A stretch of 32,000 nucleotides of DNA. Source: Wallemia ichthyophaga EXF-994 (Eukaryota > Fungi > Basidiomycota). Below the pieces are notes generated by a model that saw only the letters and a list, made by a program, of their open reading frames with translations, made no database searches and was not told the origin of the DNA. The stretch lies in assembly GCF_000400465.1 (NCBI RefSeq), contig NW_008806284.1, forward strand, positions 60,001 through 92,000, given 5' to 3'. The position numbers and the translations under genes are program-made. Shown here piece after piece: positions 8,315-21,490 of this stretch. The first letter of the stretch is position 1, and the number at the start of each line of letters is the position of its first letter.

Positions 8315-9233
8315 CTAGACATCTTTCACGATTGGTGAGTTGTAACGCTGTGCGTAGCCAGTCCAGCTTTCATCGTAAATGGAGCTATGACCTCCAATAA
8401 CTTCCAGGGCAAGAGCTACGATCGCGGCTGTCATCCCTGAGCCGCAACTAGTAATGACATCTTTCTTCCCTTCGAGGACCATATCCAGCTGCTGCTTTCC
8501 GAGTGTATTTTCAAACACCGCACGAAGCTCTTCAGGGCTCTTAAGCTGGCCATCCTGAAGCAATTGGGGAAAAGCGAGCGAGAGAGCACCAGGCATATGA
8601 CCCGACGACAGGCCCTGTCTGGGTTCAGGCGCCGCGCCCGCAAAGCGAGGCTGCGGACGAGCATCGAGTATGACGCTATCTTTACGCTCAATGGTGTTGA
8701 GAATATCTATGTGGTCCTTGATAAAGTTCTTCTCCAGTGTAGGTACGGGGTACTCTGAGCGTTGGGAAACATACTCTCCCGACTCTACAGGTAAACCTTC
8801 CCTCTCATAGGCTGGGAGACCACCGTCGAGGACAGCGACATTTGGATGACCCATTGCGCGAAAGGTGAAAGCAGCGCGTGGAGCGCTAAAAACACCGACT
8901 GTGTCATAGAGGAGGACTTGAGAGTTGCGCTCAATTCCCAATTGGGAACACGCTGATGCAAAAATTGCAGGTGAGGGGAGCATATGACCGACAAAGCCAT
9001 CTGGGTGGTTCGAAGCAATTTTGTCGAGATCCCAACGCCTTGCTTGAGGGAGGTGCTTGGAGAGGTACTCGTCGTTTGGGTTGCGCGCGCTGTTAGGCAT
9101 GTGCCACGAAGCATCCTGGCAGAGATGAGCGTGAGCAAGAGCAGAGACCATCTCAGCTGCTCAGCTTGCTCACCAACGCAATGAAGTGCTTGAGGTCGCG
9201 CAGCTGGCGTGCTTTGACAATTCTCGTAGTCAT
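8315..9233 (-). CDS. TUM1: Tandem-rhodanese thiosulfate/3-mercaptopyruvate sulfurtransferase; intron 9116-9173
   Basis: L|DASWHMP, HMLPS, SAPRAAFTF...LDGGLP, LDARP...GHMPGA, catalytic SCGSGMTA, IYDESW. Confidence 0.9.
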
Positions 9234-9284
9234 CGTCGTTGCAGTTCAAGAAGCTTTTCTTGATTTTCTGTCAAATAACTTGAA

Positions 9285-10355
9285 ATGGAAAATAAAAAGT
9301 TGAACTTTGCAATCGCTAAATACCTCAAAAGCGCACAAGCTGGGTTAAGCGGCGAGAAGCAGGAATCACTCAGCGTTGCAATTGAGTCGTTGGAGGATGT
9401 CTTCGAGGTGGATGACACGCAGGCAGGTGCTTTGGATAGCCCAGTGGATTTGGCAGCCTTGTTCAAGAGTGCGCAAGTCGCTGAGAAGCCACAAGCAGCA
9501 GCTGGGCCAGCTAACCAATCAGAGCCATCCGCTCAAGACATGGCCAAAGCAGACACACTCAAGGCTCAAGGCAATGCCCTCATGTCTGCGCAGAAGTACC
9601 AAGAAGCTGTAGACGCTTACACCCAAGCTATAGCCCTGCACTCCACCAACAAGATTCTCTATTCGTACGTGTACACTTCCTTCTAGAATGTACCCTGCTC
9701 ACTTGCTCACAGCAACAGAGCAGCTGCGTACTCGCAGGCTGGTGACCAAGACGCATCCATCGCAGACGCTAAGAAGGCACTCGAAATTGACCCGGCTTTC
9801 GCCAGAGCGTACTCGAGATTAGGTCACGCGTACTTCAACGCTAAGCAGTACGATAATGCCGTCAGCGCATATGAGGATGGTCTCAAGTATGATACCGACA
9901 ATCAGACCATGAAGTCTAGCCTCATCACCGCTAGATCCAAGGTAGGCGGCTCTGTTCAACAGAGAGAATCTCAGGATGCCGGCGCAGGTGCTGGTGCTGG
10001 TGCTGGTGCTGGCGGTGGTGGTATGCCTGATCTCTCAGCTCTCGCAGGCATGTTTGGCGGCGCTGGCGGTGGTGCTGGCGGCGGCGGCGGCGGCGGTATG
10101 CCTGATATCGGTGCTTTACTCAATAACCCAATGATGCGCCAGATGGCTCAATCGATGATGTCCAACGGCGGTATGGAGAGACTTATGTCTAACCCTGGTC
10201 TCAGGAACATGGCGGAGAACATGAGAAGTGGTGGACAGATGCCATCCATCGAGGAGTTGGCAGGTAACCCCGAACTCAGAGGTCTCGCTGAGTCTTTCGG
10301 TGCTGGTGGTGCTGGTGGTGCTGGCCAAGGCAATCCTCCACCAGGCAATGCTTAA
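9285..10355 (+). CDS. SGT2: Small glutamine-rich TPR co-chaperone Sgt2; intron 9665-9712
   Basis: N-terminal dimerisation region (ESLSVAIESLEDVF), TPRs (KAQGNALM...YS|NRAAAY...AYSRLG), Gly-rich GGMPD repeats and a DP/STI1-like C-terminus. Confidence 0.9.
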
Positions 10356-10403
10356 TTTCCATTAAATAAAGGTTTATTAGTAAAGATATCTATATGTATA
10401 CAT

Positions 10404-11750
10404 CTATTCATCATCTTCCTCCTCTTTCTCCTCCTCTTCTTGCTCCTGCTCCTGCTCACTCTCATTCTCCTGTACGTCTTGGTCTTCACTCTCTTCTGCA
10501 TCTCCCTCATCTTCATAGCCCGCACTGGCAACATCAAGACATGTGAGTCTGGTGCCCTTTGTGTTATATGCCGCGACACACTCCAACTGCACCTGCTTGC
10601 TTGACTTTGTGAGCGCACTCAGATCGAAAGCTCTTACGAATCCATCCGATGAGATAGTGATAGCGAGTAGTAAGTCAGCCACCAATCCAAACCTGACACT
10701 CTTGATGCGGTTTTGGTGACCTACCAGCTCAGCCACGAAAGCACTCTCTTCACCCTCTTTAATTGCATAAAGCAGCACCCTCTTGTCCTCGCTTGCAACG
10801 GCAAAAAACTCAACACCATCGTCAAATCCCTGTGATTTGAGTGGTCTAGCGAAGCCAATGTCATTGAACTTAGTTGTCAATTTAGCTGGCAGCCATGGTA
10901 AAGGAGGGAGCAATTCGAAACCCTGCGTATTTCTCATCTCAACATGTTGTTTGAACATGATTGCGATTATGTTCCCAGATTTACTAAACTTGACCACTTC
11001 CGGATTACCTTTGCGACCCTCAATACCTAATTTCGTGCCTGCGATTCTACCAACATGGCCAGCTTGTCTATTCGACTCCTTCGAGTTCTTGCCCAATCTC
11101 CACAGCTGTCCCATTCTGTCGCTGCCGACAGTCATTGCGAAGCCTCCCTTAGGATGCACAGCTGCTGAGTCTACGCTACCCTTGTGAGCGCGGAATGACT
11201 TAAGCAGCTCCCATTCACCGCATTTAAAGATATATATGTTCGAGTGCGTCGTACCGATTACGAGGTGGGCATGATTGACGAAAGACATTGTGAGTGGAGT
11301 GCCTGTGTGGAGTGTGTTAGCCGTGCTAGTCTTGCTAACTGTGTCTGCTGCAGTCGTAAGACCGCGCAATGTCGCACCTTCTGTACCAGTCAAAGAACCG
11401 ACTTCGACTCTTCTGCGTACATCCCACACTTTGATAGACTCGTCAGTACCTCCGGTAATAAGCCACTTGCCGCCCTTAGATGAGCCTGGCGGCGGCGGTG
11501 ATAGCGCGACGCTCTTGATACACGTGATGTGCGCAGGGAACATAAACAGCGGCTTGAATTGGAGCTTGCCAGCTTGCATGCGTAAATTGAATCCATACAG
11601 CAACCGCTCGTAGCTCCCTACGGCAACATTCACGCTCACTGGGCCACTTGCAGCTTTTTTGGCTTCAGGATTCTGAATTTTCGCACTTTTCGTTGGCACG
11701 TCACTGGCAGCCTGGTTCTGTTGAAATCTAGCTCTCTTTTGCCCGCCCAT
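10404..11750 (-). CDS. MAK11: WD40 protein, Mak11/PAK1IP1-like 60S biogenesis factor; in-frame intron 11303-11377
   Basis: VAVGSYERLLYG, FMFPAH, TGGTDESIKVWD, AHKGSV...HPKG, GHQNRIK, GTRLTCL and an acidic tail. Confidence 0.75.
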   Translation of the reverse strand: MGGQKRARFQQNQAASDVPTKSAKIQNPEAKKAASGPVSVNVAVGSYERLLYGFNLRMQAGKLQFKPLFMFPAHITCIKSVALSPPPPGSSKGGKWLITGGTDESIKVWDVRRRVEVGSLTGTEGATLRGLTTAADTVSKTSTANTLHTGTPLTMSFVNHAHLVIGTTHSNIYIFKCGEWELLKSFRAHKGSVDSAAVHPKGGFAMTVGSDRMGQLWRLGKNSKESNRQAGHVGRIAGTKLGIEGRKGNPEVVKFSKSGNIIAIMFKQHVEMRNTQGFELLPPLPWLPAKLTTKFNDIGFARPLKSQGFDDGVEFFAVASEDKRVLLYAIKEGEESAFVAELVGHQNRIKSVRFGLVADLLLAITISSDGFVRAFDLSALTKSSKQVQLECVAAYNTKGTRLTCLDVASAGYEDEGDAEESEDQDVQENESEQEQEQEEEEKEEEDDE

Positions 11751-12171
11751 TTATGCACTCTGCTGATCGTTGAGAGGAAGGAAGAGGAAGATTCTCCAGA
11801 TTACATCATAACAGAGTGACGAGTTAATCAATCTAGATTTAGCACTCTCTGAGCTACTTATATCCTTGCCAAGTATTGTAGCGGTCTATTACAGCTTAAA
11901 ATAGTAGCTCAAAATTTGCACATTCCTCGGATACTGCAGTCTTCAACAATCGGGATGTCCCCAAGCCTTTACTGACATGGGACTTGCTAAATTCACGTAA
12001 TACCAGTAACCACGGGCATTTCCCAGCGTGTGCCTCGTTCGTGCTGGAATTAAAGACACCATACATGCATTAAGCGAAGTATCTTCTATAAATAATACAT
12101 CCAAAAATAAATACATTGCACATATAAAGCCGCATTGCGGTCATTACCTCCCTTTTTCATTCTATCTTCCT

Positions 12172-13599
12172 ATGTTCAAGCAAGTTGTCTACTTAGGATT
12201 ATTGGCGAGCGCAGCGGCGCAATCTAACGGAACAATTGACCTCACGGAGCCAGAGGCAGGAAGATGGGGTGGCAATAATGGTAAGACACCCACGCAGCAC
12301 TACAACGACTTCGACCATGAAGTCTTTCACAACCGCACCTACACCCCACAGCCCATTAGGTATGAAATGGGAGAAGTATATACGGTGAAAGAGAACGCGG
12401 ACTTAGATAGAATGTCTCCAGATACACTCGCACCGCCCACCGTCGATTTCGGCAGCATTGAAAATCCAAGATGGCACATGTCTGACTCGTACAACCGCCT
12501 GGCTATTGGGGGGTATGCAAGACAACAAACAGTCAGGGACCTACCTATTAGCAAGGATATTGCCGGTGTAGATATGCGCTTATCACCACATGCTTTTAGA
12601 GAGTCCCATTGGCACACACAGGCCGAATGGTCGTATATTTTTTCAGGACGAGTTATCATCTCAGCCATTATGCCAGATGGAAAGACCTTCATGAGCGAGC
12701 TGGGACCAGGCGACGTTTGGTTCTTCCCTCCATCCACCATACACTCCATCCAAGCTCTTGACGAAGGCGCCGAGTTCCTACTCATCTTCGACAGCGGAGC
12801 ATTCGACGAGAACGATACCTTTTTAGCTGCGGAGGCACTATCACGCATCCCTAAATCTGTGATCAAGTAGGTGGAAACTCGCTGACGACTAAAATTTTCC
12901 GCTCACATGCACCAGTAAAAATTTCGGTTTGAGCAAGAATGCAACTGATTTCGACAATATTCCGGCAGAGCAGCTCTACATTTTCAGAGGAGAAGCACCT
13001 GTACCATCTTTCAAGGAGCAGAAAGCGTCGATCAACAACCCCTTTGGCATGCTCGAAGACCACACTCTCGCGCTCAAATTCTCTGAGACACCATGGGAAG
13101 AGCATGACGGCGGCAAGGTGAAGATCGCAGACAGTAAAATTTTCAACGCGCCCAATCTCGACATTTCAGTTGCGCATCTGTCACTTGAAAGCAACAGTCT
13201 GAGGACACTGCACTGGCATGAGACTTGTGAGTTTGGAACTGTCCATTCGAGTACGAATACTCACAACACTCAGCCGAGTGGGATTTTGTCTTAAAGGGCA
13301 CACTTAGGGTGACCATCTACGCCGGCAACGGTAACAGCCGTACATACGACATCAACTCTCTCGACGTGCTCTATGTGGAGGCGAACAACCTTCACTATCT
13401 TGAATGTGTTAGCCCAGAGCCATGCGAGTTCCTCGCTGCTTTCAAGATCGACACGTACAACGACTTTGAATACGGTCAATTCCTCAGCGCCGCTCCTCGT
13501 TACACCGTCAAGCAGCATCTCAGAATCAGTGATGAGACACTAGACAAAGTCCAGGGCAGTGTTGCTAACAAACAGATTATCATGCCTGACAACTGTTAA
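12172..13599 (+). CDS. Secreted bicupin oxalate decarboxylase-like protein; introns 12867-12915 and 13227-13273
   Basis: Signal peptide MFKQVVYLGLLASAAAQ. GGYARQQTV, RESHWHTQAEW, GDVWFFP...HSIQ, lid FDENDTF, second cupin LHWHET|SEW...HYLE. Confidence 0.85.
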
Positions 13600-13726
13600 A
13601 GGAACAAGTAAGAAGAAAAAAGAGTTGTGATTCATGTGTAATAATAATCTTTTCATTACAGATCGATTCTGATTATCCTGTTATAGTTAATTTATGTGTG
13701 TCATGTCTCGCTCACATTTTCACATC

Positions 13727-15210
13727 TCAAGCGATCACCTCAGTGACAATACCAGTACCAATCGTCTTGTTGCCCTCTCTGAGCGTGAATCTAGAGTTGT
13801 TTTCCAGTGGCAAGTCGTGAACGAGTTCGCCGACCATCTCAACGTTGTCACCAGGCATGATCATCTTCTCGCCAGCGTCAGCAGTGCCTTCTGGGAACTT
13901 GAGAGAAATGGTAACGTCAGAGGTTCTGATGAAGAGTTGTGGGCGGTAATTCTCGAAGAATGGAGAGTGACGACCGCCCTCTTCCTTTGTGAGGATGTAG
14001 AGCTGAGCCTTGAACTTTTTATAGCTCTTGATAGAGTCAACTGCGGAAATGACTTGACCACGACGGATTTGCTCTCTCTTCACACCTCTGAGCAAGGCAC
14101 CCATGTTGTCACCGGACTCACCACGGTCCAACTCCCTGTGGAAGGACTCGATACCAGTGAGTGTGGTCTTGAATGAGTTACCGAGACCGAGAATTTGAAT
14201 TTCCTCACCCTTCTTGATAGTACCTCTCTCAACTCTGCCGGTGGCGACAGTACCTCTACCAGAAATGGTGAAGGTGTCTTCGATAGGCATCAGGAATGGC
14301 TTGTCGAGATCTCTCTCTGGGATATCCAACCAGCTATCGGAAGCTTCCATGAGCTCATCGATTGAGTTTGTACCAATCTCAGGGTTGCGGCCTTCGAGAG
14401 CAGCAAGTGCGGAGCCCTTAACGATTGGGGTGTTATCACCATCGTATCCGTACGTAGAGAGCAAGTCACGGATTTCCATATCTACGAGTTCCAACATTTC
14501 AGGATCATCAACTTGATCGACCTTGTTGATGTACACGACGAGTTTCTTGACACCGACCTGCTTGGCAAGGAGAAGGTGCTCTCTGGTCTGAGGCATCTGG
14601 CCGTCTGCAGCGGAGACTACAATGATAGCACCATCCATTTGGGCAGCACCAGTAATCATGTTTTTGATGTAATCAGCGTGTCCTGGGCAGTCAACGTGTG
14701 CGTAGTGTCTGTTCTCGGTCTCGTATTCGACGTGGGCGGTGGAGATAGTGATACCTCTAGCCTTCTCTTCTGGTGCCTTATCGATTTGGTTGTAATCGAG
14801 GAACTGGCCCTTGCCAGATTTCTCAGTGAGGTACTTTGTGATGGCTGCAGTGAGCGTAGTCTTTCCGTGATCGACGTGTCCAATGGTACCGACATTCAAG
14901 TGTGGCTTGTCGCGTTGGAAAGTTGCGTATGTGCGAGCTGAGTGGGTGCTAGCTCCGCGGGCTGGGTTTTTGGCGTGAGGATGAATATTTTCCCAATACC
15001 TAAAACTCACCCAATGCAGTTGGAATCACTGCAGAGCGCATGCTCATACGCTGGAGACCATTTGCGAGTGAACGAGTGGCTAAACCTGGGTGTTTTTCTC
15101 AGAAGCGTTTCCTCAATTTGATGGTGCAACCAACCTCTAGCAACGCCTCTAAATGGCTGTGGCTGGACGAAACGTCTGCCTGCTACACGCACAGCTGGTA
15201 CCCTGAACAT
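13727..15210 (-). CDS. TUF1: Mitochondrial elongation factor Tu; introns 15086-15134 and 14962-15010
   Basis: Arg-rich presequence MFRVPAVR..., [38 protein letters not shown]. Confidence 0.97.
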
Positions 15211-15747
15211 TTTGTAGATGGTTGGAAAGAGAAGACGACGCGGACGAGCTCCGAGGGATTCAGTTTAAAAATTGAGTGGAGTATAGTAGTATAGGGAATA
15301 GCTGGAAGTGGTATTAGAAGGTCAAATGGATTCCTTCTATTGGTATTGCTCGTGGTGCCACTCTGGGTGTTTGTTTTTACATCAAATGACTTGAATTTGT
15401 TATATTTATTGTGCACTGTCTTTGAGGTTCAAATACCTTTTATCTTGTAGCCTTCATGTCTGCATCATGCTGTCCAAAAATTTTGACTTTTGTTGGCCGA
15501 AACATTCCAGAGGCCGTATGGCTTTGGGAATAGCGTGGACTGGGTTTTTCGAAGCTTTGTATTATGTTGCTTTAGAGTTCATGCGCAAGTTAGTTGTTGA
15601 AAAGTGTCCATCTGTGAAGTAAATAATGTGATGTGATTCGAGTACTTGAAAGTATTCCATATAACGCCGACAATTAACACGCGCTATCACTTAATACACG
15701 CTAGCTACGCCCAAATTTACACCACTTGTGCGTCTTAAACAAATACC

Positions 15748-17161
15748 ATGACCACGATTACTTCCCAACCTTCGGCAACGACAGCAAGTATAAGATCAGA
15801 CCAATCCAGCAACCTGGAATGTCGTATCCCGAGCTATACGATCGAACTTGAAGGCACTTCGAACCAATTCGTCAACTACAACGTCGCTTACACCTCCAAC
15901 TCAACACTCTACGCCAGCAGCCACCAAGAGACCCAAAGGCGGTTCAAAGACTTTAAATTTCTCCACACGCAGCTCTCTCACTCTTTTCCTGCCTCTGTTA
16001 TTCCCCCCCTTCCCGATCAGCATAGACTGGAGTATCTCACAGGCGATCGATTCTCCAACGACTTTATTCAACGACGCAAACAGGATCTAGAGCGGTTTTT
16101 GCAGCGCATCAGCCGCCATCCGATACTCAAGCGCTCCAAGCTTGTCATAGACTTTTTCGTGTCGACAGAGTGGAACACAGTGATGCACAAACTCGGATCC
16201 CAGCCACTGTCTTACTCAACCAGCTCGATTGAATCGCACACACTGCTTGACAATATATCCGACAGTCTTGTCAATGCCTTCACAAAGGTCAAGAAGCCAG
16301 ACGATCGCTTTGTTGAGCTGAGAGACAATCTCAACAGGCTAGATGACTCGCTTAGTAATATAGAAAAGATAATTCAGAAGCTGCGTACAAAAATCAGCAG
16401 TCAGTCTTATATGCATATCAATCCCGAGAACTATGCACTGACGTACTTGTCAGGTGTGGACAATACAGCCATCGACGTTGACCTGAATGGAGACTACGAT
16501 GATGGTGCGGGTGCTACACAAGCGCTAGCATACTTGGAATCAGGTATCACTGAGCCATTAAATCGATTCGCTCATGCGCAGTTGGAAATGAGCAACATTC
16601 TAAAAGAACAGACTGTCTTAGCTTTCGAGCCTGTGCTCGATCATATTCACTCTCTTAGAGCATACGCTGCCGCTCACAAGTATGTTCTCAAACTGCGCGA
16701 TCAGAAACAACTGGATTTCGAACAGTTGACGACGTATCTCTCTCAACTCGCCCTGCAACACCAAAGACTTGTATCTGCACAACATATCAGCAGTGGTGGG
16801 ATTGGGGGATATATTCGCGATAAAGTGGATCACTTGCGTGGACAAGATGATGAGAGTTTGCGATTAGAGCGTATTAGAAAATTGGAGGAACAGATGAAGG
16901 AGCTCGAGAAAGCAGTTGAGAATTCATCGAAACAAAATGTTGAGTTCAGTCAGGCCGTGTTGAGAGAACACTCCATCTTCGATATGGCTAAGAGGATCGA
17001 AATGAAGGAGATTCTTCACCATTTGGCTGATGGTCATATTGTGGCTTATAAGAAGGTGCGCACGGTGGTTTGTTCATCGCACGACTAACATCACCCCACA
17101 GACGTCTGAGGAATTCGACAGACTGATACCACATTTACAACGTATACGCGTCGATGTCTAA
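15748..17161 (+). CDS. SNX4: Sorting nexin-4 (PX-BAR, Atg24); introns 16400-16453 and 17056-17101
   Basis: PX domain RRFKDF...IPPLPD...GDRFS.DFIQRR...RHP, followed by a helical BAR region (LRDQKQLDFEQLTTYL). Confidence 0.85.
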
Positions 17162-17210
17162 TTACCAGAAGTAGAGTGTAGAAGTAAATGTATTGCTATA
17201 TATATATATA

Positions 17211-18440
17211 TCACAACAGCCCATCAAATCTCATTTTGGCAGTTTGGAGAAGACCTAGCTCATCATTGCGCATCTGCATGAGCAGAGGGTTTGCTGCCTT
17301 GGTGTCAACCTGCGGTGGGTATTCTCCCAATCTCTCGTCTATCCTTTGGAGGAGCTGTTGAATTAATTGTCGCAGATAACCATCAGTGATAGTCTCAGAT
17401 TGCTGATACGCCAATACAATCAAATTAAGAACGTCGGTGTCGCACACCCCGAACAAACCGAGAGACACTCTGGCTTGTGAGTCAATAAAGGCATCTGGAT
17501 GAGCCACAAAGAGATCCTGATCGTCGTCTTGGAGCGTTTGAACAGTATAGATTGGTGGAATCGCGTCGAAAGTGACTCTGTCAGAATCGTTAGCCTCCAA
17601 CACGAATCCGTACTCGATAGCGAGGTCCACGTTATCGAGCGAGTCACCGTAGCTGTTGAAGAGTTCTTCAGCGGGCTGAGTGGTGTGTGTAGTGACGATA
17701 TCCAATGTTTGCGGGGGAGTGGTGAGATAATCTGTATTTGGCGACTGAATACACCCATTCAGCCACCCACAACAGTCGCAGACAACTAAATCAGACTCTA
17801 TAGCCACAGTAGGCTCTTCTAGGTGATTGAAAAGGTCTGCAACAGGCACCAAACCAACTTGGTGGTGTGTGTCAACTTGAAACAATCGTGATGAAGTAAT
17901 GGCATAGGCGTATAGAAATGCTTCGAATGTACTTGTGATGTTTAGCGTTGAGGCGTGTGCGTCGAATGTATCTTTGAGCTTCTGTTTCGTTTGCCTGCCT
18001 CTTATACCTTGATGCGAGTTGAGCATGCTATACCGCTTACACAGTTCAGTGCCAGCCATTTCAGGCGTAAAGGGCCAGAGAGAGGCAATATCTGGAGGTG
18101 TCAGGGGTAGGGATTGTATGTAGAGATGCCATTTTGATTGATTGGCAGATTGAATTTCGAAGACAAGTGCAAAAGAGAGAGCTACGACGTGAGTGAGTGG
18201 AATCTGAGAGAGTTGAGTTGAAATAGTAGACGTTTTAAGCGTAAGCAAAGAGTCTTTGGGTATTCTCGCCACTGAATAGAGTTAGATTGAGTAATAGGAA
18301 TGGTACAACAACCAACCAACGCTGTCTTTGAGTATAAAATCGTTTGATAGTATCTTTTCATCGCTTATATCCAATCTACCATCCAAATCAACGCCGTTTG
18401 ACTCGCACCAGCTAAGTAAACAACTACGACGACTATTCAT
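17211..18440 (-). CDS. SET-domain protein-lysine methyltransferase (Rkm/SETD3/LSMT-like); intron 18272-18316
   Basis: LLSWCESNGV, V|ARIPKDSLL, SKWHLYIQSLP, AYAITSSR.F, LVPVADLFNH, ELFNSYG...LAIEYGF. Confidence 0.75.
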
Positions 18441-18947
18441 CTGCGTTTTATACAAGGAATACAATACAAAAAGCTTAGCTCATTCAGATTCATAAATTGA
18501 TTTCCTTCAATATTAAATTAGGAAAGACTAATCGTTGAAACATCATGTGAGCAATTAAGCTTAGAGTATCGTTGAAAAGAGAAGCTACTGGTTTTAAAAG
18601 GGTTAAAAATTTACTACGAGATAAGAGCAAGTAATAATATAAACAATACTGTGTATGGTAGTAACATTCTGAGGCTGAATATTGAGCTAAATTTTATCAT
18701 TATAGACATTTTAACATATACAATTTGTGGTGAAATATGAAGAGGCGGAAAAGAGGGAAAATTTTGAAATAAATAAGCGAAGAAAGAAGAAAGATTTGTA
18801 AATATAAATAAAATCCCAGCTAATAAAACACCTATTATACCTTTTAAATTGTTGTTCACAGTGATTTTTAATTTCAGAGTACACCACGCAATGGTTCGTG
18901 GTGAGCTGGCTTTAACTGACACAGTCAAAGGTGAGGATATAAATTGA

Positions 18948-20238
<1,291 letters not shown>

Positions 20239-20481
20239 GCGTAATTCTCGCGGTGGACCTCGTACTGGTCTCAATCACGAAATGAAAAATTCAAATATAC
20301 GTTATTCCAAGTTTTTTCTTTCCAAAGTTCTTTATATTCTCTTTACCCTGTGTTGCAAGAATCAACAAATTTAAAAAGTGCTTTTGTTGTATTGTGTGAA
20401 TGTGCTGGTGTAGATGTGCAAGAACAATACATATGGTGCTAATGATACAAATAATTTAAAGGTGAGTTCATATCAACCCAC

Positions 20482-21490
20482 TCAATCAATATCCCCAGTC
20501 TGTATCTCATGATAAATAACATGTGGACCTGATCTATAGTGATTGTTGGTGGATTTCAGCGAACGATTCAACTTTGGTAGAGTGAGTTGTTTGAAGAATT
20601 CATTTGAAGCTGTGTCATTTATTTCATTTGCCATAACTTGAGAAAGCATCCTATCGTTTTCCTGTTCGAGTTGTTCGAGGACGTTTCTTTCATTATTGAG
20701 AACCTGACGAATAAGCTCATTGTTCTCTTCAACAACTTGAAATTGAGCAACAGCGAGAGTATATTCTGGGTAAAAGGGAGGTTCACCTGGTGCAGTGAGA
20801 ACAGTTTGAAAAGCCATTTCATCAGCTTGATCGATAAATAAAGATTCTTCTTCCTTCCTTTGATCATTTACTTGTTGTGGGTGATCGGCTTCGCCATCCT
20901 CACCATCTTCATTCTCCACTTTAGATTTTCTAGCTGATTTCTTCTCGCTTGGAGGTGGTGCTGCACCAGAACCTCTTACAGTTGGAAGGGTATCAACGTG
21001 ATGCTGCATTCTCATATGTTTAGCCAAAGCGTCAGACCTAGTGAAAGATCTATCACATTCTGCTTTCTCTTGCTGTAGAGTATGTGAATATGAAACACTC
21101 GCGTACACCAATAAAACTCACGCAAATAAAAGGTTTATCGGTGGTGTGAGATCTCAAATGAGCTATTAAAGCTTGTTTTGAAGACTGATTCTTTGATTTG
21201 CGTGAACAGCCAATCCATTCGCATGTGTATTTAGATTTATCGCCAACGTGGTCATTGTAGATGTGGTCAAGCATTAGATGCTGATCACCGAATATCATAG
21301 CACATCCATCCCAATCGCAGGTGGTTATCGGACCCCAATCAGGATTACCGTTTAAGTCAACTTGATTGGTTTGATTGGATTTATCTGATTGTGGATCTGG
21401 ACTTGGTGATCGTGATAGAATTTCACTCAAGTTGTCATCTTGTAGATATTCAATTGGACGCTTGATTGGTGTGGCAGTGGATAATGACAT
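20482..21490 (-). CDS. C2H2 zinc-finger protein resembling the fungal INO80 subunit Iec1; intron 21073-21121
   Basis: CDWDGC...HIYNDH, YTCEWIGC...HLRSH, KPFIC|QEKAECDRSFTRSDALAKHMRMQH, then a coiled-coil. The Iec1 assignment is by recalled similarity. Confidence 0.75.

Noticed and set aside
15215-15740. Minus-strand 77-aa ORF and short uORF-like frames upstream of TUF1
   Set aside because: There is no ATG-initiated, motif-bearing frame or consistent splice pattern. Treated as divergent promoter/UTR.
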